A DNA stretch of 64,000 bases from positions 5,377 to 69,376 of the forward strand of contig PUNG01000152.1 in NCBI GenBank assembly GCA_003551675.1, written 5' to 3'. Positions within the stretch are counted from its first letter, which is position 1. Every line of letters begins with the position of its first letter. The translations under genes were made by a program, and so were the position numbers. Under the pieces are notes generated by a model. That model was given only the letters and a program-made list of their open reading frames with translations. It had not been told where the DNA came from and ran no database searches. Origin of the DNA: Thermoplasmata archaeon (lineage in GTDB: Archaea > Thermoplasmatota > Thermoplasmata > Halarchaeoplasmatales > Halarchaeoplasmataceae). Shown piece after piece: positions 58,600 to 64,000 of the stretch.

Positions 58600-59466
58600 T
58601 TATTTCTTTTTGATATCTTTCAAACCCTTTTTGTTTTTTACAGTTGCGGATTCGTGGACCTTAAGGTTTTTTGCCTTGACCGTCTGGATCTTACATCCGG
58701 GGCCTATGACAACATCACTTCCCATAACATTTTCAGCTTTCGTATTCTCCAGGTAGATGTCGTTCCCTGTGATGCTTTCCACATCAAGGGAGCCGGTCTT
58801 TCTAAAACCGAAGGAGAAGAATCCCGAACCACCGCTTTCCACGACGACATCTCCGCCTTCTATCTTTTTTATCTTTGACTTATCAGAGAGTTTGAGGGCA
58901 ATGTCGCCTCTCAAGACATTTTTTATGTGGACAGCACCACTGGCGTTCATGGTTTCACACACCACATCACCATCGACTTTAAAAGAACCAGAAGCTTCTA
59001 TCACATCCACTTTTACATCTTTTTCAAACTTCGACGCGCCGCTGACATCAAGTTTTTCTCCCTCTGTTTTCCCCAGCACTTTTAGAGCTCCGCTCGAACT
59101 CAATTTTCCTATGTATACGTTGCCGTTTACTTTAGTGGCTCCGGAGATTTTTGCATCATCGGCTATAAGGTCACCGCTTATACCGGATGCACCGGCGGCT
59201 CTAAAGATCTCACAGTTGCAGCTGTCGATCCTGGTGGCTCCCGTGATCTTGACCTTTTTTGTTTTTTCATCCGTTTTTGTTTCTTTTTCTGAAACATCTT
59301 CTATCTCTTCGTCTATAATCTCTTCTTCTATTTCGTCTTCCGTGTTTTCTTCGCTCTTCTTGTACCTGGAAACGATCTCGTTGTAAAGCTCCTGGGATAT
59401 CTCTCCATCAGCAAGCCTTTGGTCCAATTTTTTTAACATCTTTTCGTTTTCATCCATTTTTACCAC
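58600..59466 (-). CDS. Bactofilin-like (polymer-forming beta-helical) protein with N-terminal SHOCT-like domain
   Basis: The central domain has repeated short beta-strand units with regularly spaced G/A/S/V (GATRIDSCNCEIFRAAGASGISGDLIADDAKISGATKVNGNVYIGKLSSSGALKVLG...), typical of bactofilin DUF583. The N-terminal LADGEISQELYNEIVSRY is SHOCT-like. Confidence 0.55.
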   Translation of the reverse strand: MVKMDENEKMLKKLDQRLADGEISQELYNEIVSRYKKSEENTEDEIEEEIIDEEIEDVSEKETKTDEKTKKVKITGATRIDSCNCEIFRAAGASGISGDLIADDAKISGATKVNGNVYIGKLSSSGALKVLGKTEGEKLDVSGASKFEKDVKVDVIEASGSFKVDGDVVCETMNASGAVHIKNVLRGDIALKLSDKSKIKKIEGGDVVVESGGSGFFSFGFRKTGSLDVESITGNDIYLENTKAENVMGSDVVIGPGCKIQTVKAKNLKVHESATVKNKKGLKDIKKK

Positions 59467-59600
59467 CTGTTTACATTGTACATGATCACGAGATTATATA
59501 TACTTATCTTGAATATATTATTAGATAGGCTGAACTTTGAAGTAGTTATCATCAACTTTTTAGTTGAAAAACCTAAATATCTCCTTTCTTATGGGTATTC

Positions 59601-60032
59601 ATGAAAGATTTCACCGAAGAGATGATAGGCATATTTTCATCTAAGACAAGGTGCGAGATCTTGGATATGTTAGGGGAGGGCTACGATCATCCTGAGGATC
59701 TAGCCGAAGAGTTAGAACTTACAAGACAGGCCGTGGACAAACACCTGATATTACTACACGATCGGGGTATGGTGGAGAGGAACGCCATATTCCCTCCCGA
59801 AGGAAGACCTAGGATCATCTATGAGATAACTAAAACAGGGAAAAGATTGATGAATACATTGGACAAACTCGCCGATAGATACAAGGCAACGATGTTGGAA
59901 AGAGCGGAGAACGAGATCGAGCAGTTGGACATGAAGCTCGCCGCGGGTGACCTCTCGGAAAAGATATATAAGAAAAAGGTAGAAGAGGTCAAAAAAAGGT
60001 GGAATTATTCCGCATTGAAAGAACAAGAGTGA
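59601..60032 (+). CDS. Winged-helix (ArsR/TrmB-like) transcriptional regulator with C-terminal coiled coil
   Basis: SKTRCEILDMLGEGYDHPEDLAEELELTRQAVDKHLILLHDRGMVER. Confidence 0.55.
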   Translation: MKDFTEEMIGIFSSKTRCEILDMLGEGYDHPEDLAEELELTRQAVDKHLILLHDRGMVERNAIFPPEGRPRIIYEITKTGKRLMNTLDKLADRYKATMLERAENEIEQLDMKLAAGDLSEKIYKKKVEEVKKRWNYSALKEQE

Positions 60033-60307
60033 AAAGCGGGATTTCTTACCGTTGTTATCATGATTTAGTAGGCCAGGGGGACTTTTACAACTTTTGAGTT
60101 GACGTTGTTCAACCTCGTTTTGGACATATCCATTATTATTTTCAAGAATAATATAAATACCTCCCTCTCCTTATCATTATTAGTGAGAAAAATGATGAAA
60201 GGAAAAAGATTCAAGGTAAGAAGGGCCGGATATCCGAGTTACGAACACGCTAACCTGTTGTCGGTGTTGGTCGGCAACAAATAAAGCTCCGGTCAAAAAC
60301 CCTTTTT

Positions 60308-61768
60308 TTACTTTTCTTTTCCTCTTGCTTTTGTGAATTTACAACCACCAACTTTTATGGAAGGTATAAATGTGGGTGTATCCACCGCCCACCACTTCAC
60401 CTGTTTAGTATCTTTTCCTATGGCTTGCATGTTCTCGCACATCTTTAAAAGGTTCCCTTTCAATCTGAGTCCTTTTATAGGTTTTTTGATCTCTCCGTTT
60501 TCTATTAAGAACATTGCGTCCCTGGGAACCGTTGAAAACTCTCCTTCGCTCATGTTAGTGAACCTGGTATACCAGTTCGAAGTTAGATATATGGTGGGTC
60601 TAGTGGAGGTGGATATGATCTCGTCGAGACTGTACGAGCCGGGGTCGAAACGATAATTTGAAGGCGCGGGTAGAAGGATCCTTGGGTTCTCCTCGGTACC
60701 CGTCATCCCCATCTGCCCTAAGATCGAATTCGAAGAAGTTTTTGCCCTTCTCCAGAATTTCAGTTTTATCGTGTTGATGAAGCTCCAAAATTTAGCCGTA
60801 GACGTATTGTGTATCAATCCTGTGAACTCTCCGTCTTTGAATAGAGTTGTTTTCTGGGAGGGGGTTCCTTCGTCGTCGAAAGGTCTGCTGTTCAGTCCTT
60901 CTTCTACCAAAGAATCGTCTTTTACGGTCAGTTCTTCAGGGCCGACCTTCTTTTTCATCTTGCCTCTGAGACAGCTCATACCCGCGATCATCATGATAGG
61001 GTTAGTGCCGCTCAGCAGGTTACCAAATAGGTTGGCGCCAACAGTGGGGCTCATTATCATATCGTAGGTACCTGGTTTACCCTGTTCGGCCCCTGTACTC
61101 CGCCTGGACAATCGGCCGGCTTTTCGACCCGCATCTTCGAACTTTTTCTCTATGTTGGAAAGTTTTCTAGTGACTACCAACCCCTGACCACTGCTCTCTT
61201 CGTCGTGAAATGCACGTATGGTGCCCCTGCAGAAAGAGGACTCGTACTCGCCTCCGTTTCCGTAGCCGGTGAGAAGACCGGTTTTGCTGATACCTGAATG
61301 CAGCACGCCTGCGGAATTTTTGGCACCGACCTCGTCTGCTGAGTCTATCATCTTCTTTACAAGTTTTGGACCTTTTTTATGGAACTCTTCCATCCCTTCG
61401 TCGTATAGCTTTATGGAAGGGTAAGAACTGTGGGGCTCCTCATCCATACCCCAATATAGTTTACTTTTAGGTAGTTGGTCTAAAAACCTCACCTGTTTTG
61501 GTACTCTTTTTTTGACCTTTTTTTCATCGGGATCGTGGATTGTCAAGGTATCGATCTTTCTGGTGAGAGAAAAACGTGGTTTTTTGGAGATGAACACATC
61601 CAAATAATGATTATCCCATCCTTTATTCACGTCGATGGATGAATTTGAAAATCTTATCTGGTATTTTTTCTCTTCAACCAGTTTAGCTATGACTTCATCC
61701 GCTCCGGATCTCAATGCTGTTTCTACAGCGGTCTTCAATATTTCCTCATCAAATCTTTTTCCCATCAT
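60308..61768 (-). CDS. pmbA: TldE/PmbA-family metallopeptidase subunit
   Basis: Peptidase U62 fold that lacks the HExxxH motif and is paired with tldD. The start is assumed at the internal Met (MMGKRF). Confidence 0.7.
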   Translation of the reverse strand: MMGKRFDEEILKTAVETALRSGADEVIAKLVEEKKYQIRFSNSSIDVNKGWDNHYLDVFISKKPRFSLTRKIDTLTIHDPDEKKVKKRVPKQVRFLDQLPKSKLYWGMDEEPHSSYPSIKLYDEGMEEFHKKGPKLVKKMIDSADEVGAKNSAGVLHSGISKTGLLTGYGNGGEYESSFCRGTIRAFHDEESSGQGLVVTRKLSNIEKKFEDAGRKAGRLSRRSTGAEQGKPGTYDMIMSPTVGANLFGNLLSGTNPIMMIAGMSCLRGKMKKKVGPEELTVKDDSLVEEGLNSRPFDDEGTPSQKTTLFKDGEFTGLIHNTSTAKFWSFINTIKLKFWRRAKTSSNSILGQMGMTGTEENPRILLPAPSNYRFDPGSYSLDEIISTSTRPTIYLTSNWYTRFTNMSEGEFSTVPRDAMFLIENGEIKKPIKGLRLKGNLLKMCENMQAIGKDTKQVKWWAVDTPTFIPSIKVGGCKFTKARGKEK

Positions 61769-61773
61769 GTGGA

Positions 61774-63258
61774 TCACTCTATCCTCACGTTTCTCATCCT
61801 GAGGTAAGGACCTCCGGTCGACACACTCACAGGCTGCATGGGATCGCTCTTCCCACAAAAGTTCATACGGTACTCGTAATCGTTGGAAACGGCATCTATG
61901 CTTTCTAGAAGCGCCGGTGTGGTCATTTCCAGGGCCGGGCGCTTGATCATCTTGTTTGTGATCCTTCCGTTCTCTATCAGATAGGATTCGAGTCCAACGT
62001 ACTTACTATGATACCTCCTATCGTCTATGTTCCATTCGGTGAAACTCTCTATGAGGACGCCTTTTTTCACGTCTTCTACGAGTTCCTCTTTACTCTGATC
62101 CTTTGGTTCAAAAAAAGTGTTGGACATCCTGGGTATAGGTTCTCTGCTGAATCCCGCCGAACGTGCGGCTCCGTTAGAGGAAGTCCCAAAACAAGAGGCG
62201 AACTCACGATTCAAAAGGAGATCGTTCAGCTGTCCATCTTTGATCAGATAGCGCGCCCTCGCTTCAACACATTCTTCATCGTAGAGATAAAAACCGGGGC
62301 TTCCCTTGAGGGTGGGATCATCGACCACTGAAACCACTTCAGAGCCTATATCTACACCGGTATCATCCAGATCGATTTTTTTCGCGTCATTATTTTCCTT
62401 GATACCCAAAAGTTCCCTGTAAAATGATCCACCGGCCTGCGCCTTTTCACGACCCATTATCCTGTCACTTTCGCTGGGATGTCCTACGTTCTCGTGGGCC
62501 ATGATCCCTGAAACTTCCGGACCGACGATCACATCCAATGGTTTACGGAAATTCACTTTTTTAGCCTCTTCAGCGGACCGTACCAGTTTTTTGCTTTCCC
62601 GGAGTATCACATCTCGTACGTTACCTTCCTTCAGCCATTCCCATCCTGAACTTCCTCCTAGCCCGAACATCCTCTGCTCTTTATCGTTTTTTGTCTCGGC
62701 GTTCATAACACAGAATATGGATATGAATGATTCGTCCGAGTGTACCTTGGAGTCTTCTGAGGTCACGATGTACTTTTTAGATGAGTTTGTATGAAAGAAG
62801 AGGATCCTGTTCTTTATCTTGTTCCGGATAGAAAATTTTTTTGAACCGCATTTTTTAATATCATCGTCTAATTTTTTGACGAACTCCTGTTTCTCCTTTT
62901 TTGAAATATCTTTGAAAGGTATTTTGGTGGGCACGCTCCAATTCTTCTTGACGCTCTTTTCTTCAGAGAATTCTATGGGCTCTTTTCTTTCGCTCAACTG
63001 CGCCATCTTAGATATAGATTGAACCCTTTCTTCTACCTGTTCTTTTTCCAAACTATCCACGGAGCCGAATCCGAGACAGCCGTCCATGAGGACTCTTATC
63101 CCGAGACCCTTTGTGGGTTTTTTTTGTATGCTCAGAAATTCTCCATTTCTTGAAAAGTAATTTTCGTTGATAGAATCTATGAAGCGAGCCTCTACGTAAT
63201 CCGCTCCGTTATTCATCCCATACTCTACTGTATGCTCCGCTAGAGTCTTTCCGTCCAT
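61774..63258 (-). CDS. tldD: TldD-family metallopeptidase
   Basis: HENVGH (HExxxH) and GxC...; 494 aa. Confidence 0.8.
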   Translation of the reverse strand: MDGKTLAEHTVEYGMNNGADYVEARFIDSINENYFSRNGEFLSIQKKPTKGLGIRVLMDGCLGFGSVDSLEKEQVEERVQSISKMAQLSERKEPIEFSEEKSVKKNWSVPTKIPFKDISKKEKQEFVKKLDDDIKKCGSKKFSIRNKIKNRILFFHTNSSKKYIVTSEDSKVHSDESFISIFCVMNAETKNDKEQRMFGLGGSSGWEWLKEGNVRDVILRESKKLVRSAEEAKKVNFRKPLDVIVGPEVSGIMAHENVGHPSESDRIMGREKAQAGGSFYRELLGIKENNDAKKIDLDDTGVDIGSEVVSVVDDPTLKGSPGFYLYDEECVEARARYLIKDGQLNDLLLNREFASCFGTSSNGAARSAGFSREPIPRMSNTFFEPKDQSKEELVEDVKKGVLIESFTEWNIDDRRYHSKYVGLESYLIENGRITNKMIKRPALEMTTPALLESIDAVSNDYEYRMNFCGKSDPMQPVSVSTGGPYLRMRNVRIE

Positions 63259-63429
63259 TTTCTAATAACCTCCTAGATTGAAGTTCAGATAGATATTTAC
63301 ATATTTTGGTGGAAACGGTAGAGATGACCGTGGGTAACAATAAAAATTAATATAAAAAGAAAAATTGTTTTTTGAACAAGTTTCAAGTTAATTTTGTTGG
63401 TGAGTAAAAAAAGTTACCGACCTCTAAAA

Positions 63430-63624
63430 TCACTCGAGCTTTTTAACGTTAACAGCCCTAGGGCCTCTATCGCTCTGTTCTGTTTCGAACTCTACAATAT
63501 CTCCTTCGCTCAAGTAGTTACCTTCTATGTCGCTTCTGTGAACGAACAAATCTTCATCACCTTCGTCAGGCTTGATGAATCCAAAGTTTTTCATGGTGTT
63601 GTAGAACTTTACTTCGCCTTTCAT
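63430..63624 (-). CDS. csp: Cold-shock domain protein
   Basis: MKGEVKFYNTMKNFGFIKPDEGDEDLFVHRSDI carries the RNP1-like KGFGFI and RNP2-like VFVH motifs. Confidence 0.85.
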   Translation of the reverse strand: MKGEVKFYNTMKNFGFIKPDEGDEDLFVHRSDIEGNYLSEGDIVEFETEQSDRGPRAVNVKKLE

Positions 63625-63760
63625 ATCTAGTTCACCTCCTTTTTGTTCTTTTTCTACTATGTGAATCCCTTCTACATGCTCCTTGTATATATAGCTATGG
63701 ATAGCGAAACCGGTCAGTGGGCTTTCGAAAAAGTATAATTAACCCTTTTGAATGGAAGAG

Positions 63761-64000
63761 TATGTATCGAAGAGTCATATTACCTACTGACGGATCGGAA
63801 GAATCCATGAAAGGGGTCGAAGAAGGTATGAAGTTGGCCAGTTTTTTGGAAGTTCCCGTTACCGCCATCCACGTGGTCGAGTTAGGCGAATTACATATAT
63901 CGGAGAAGATGGAAAAAGCGCTCAGAAGATCCGGTGAAAAGATATTAGATGAAGTCGGATCTCTTGCGAACGAAATGGATGTAGAGATCGAAAAGAAGAT
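63761..64000 (+). CDS. Universal stress protein UspA family (3'-truncated by window edge)
   Basis: MYRRVILPTDGSEESMKGVEEG...PVTAIHVVE; the frame stays open to the window end. Confidence 0.65.

Noticed and set aside
60099-60284. 61-aa ORF and the nested 30-aa MMKGKRFKVRRAGYPSYEHANLLSVLVGNK
   Set aside because: There is no recognisable domain. It sits in an intergenic region between convergent or divergent genes, and coding evidence is weak. A small basic protein cannot be excluded but is unsupported.

Overview
This 64 kb window appears to be archaeal chromosome. Protein identifications rest on motifs recognised by eye in the ORF translations and on recalled family signatures; no database search was run. 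Three lines of evidence point to an archaeon: an ftsZ-secE-spt5-rpl11 block; intron-containing tRNAs; and type III RuBisCO with AMP phosphorylase and ribose-1,5-bisphosphate isomerase in one operon, together with archaeal-type AlaRS, IPK, type 2 IDI, GGPPS, fibrillarin and ArcS. The predicted proteome is very acidic and GC is moderate (roughly 40-45% by eye). This is compatible with a halophilic or DPANN-like archaeon, but that is inference. Core housekeeping blocks are gdhA with nfnAB; a replication-like trio (OB-fold, Zn-ribbon, GINS-like); alaS and tRNA-Ala; ipk-fni-idsA; the AMP/RuBisCO operon; thiC; and tldD/pmbA. An accessory cell-envelope region at about 12.7-27.9 kb carries three tandem, diverged copies of a four-gene membrane module: DUF4129-like protein, small TM/coiled-coil protein, DUF58 vWA-like protein and polytopic membrane protein. 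No MoxR ATPase is visible in the window. The first module is separated from the other two by a very large surface protein gene with GLUG 60-bp tandem repeats, Listeria-Bacteroides-type ~90-aa repeats, a CARDB-like domain and a C-terminal TM anchor. That gene is flanked by an exact 17-bp direct repeat and preceded by a 3' gene fragment homologous to its own anchor-coding end. A paralogue of this surface protein enters the window at its 5' edge. Other notable items are a tRNA-Ser(UGA) with a 64-nt intron whose last ~24 nt are duplicated 144 bp downstream (possible integration scar); an array of four GGACATA half-sites near tRNA-Ala; an Spt5 with a ~150-aa N-terminal extension; and a bactofilin homologue with a SHOCT-like N-terminus.
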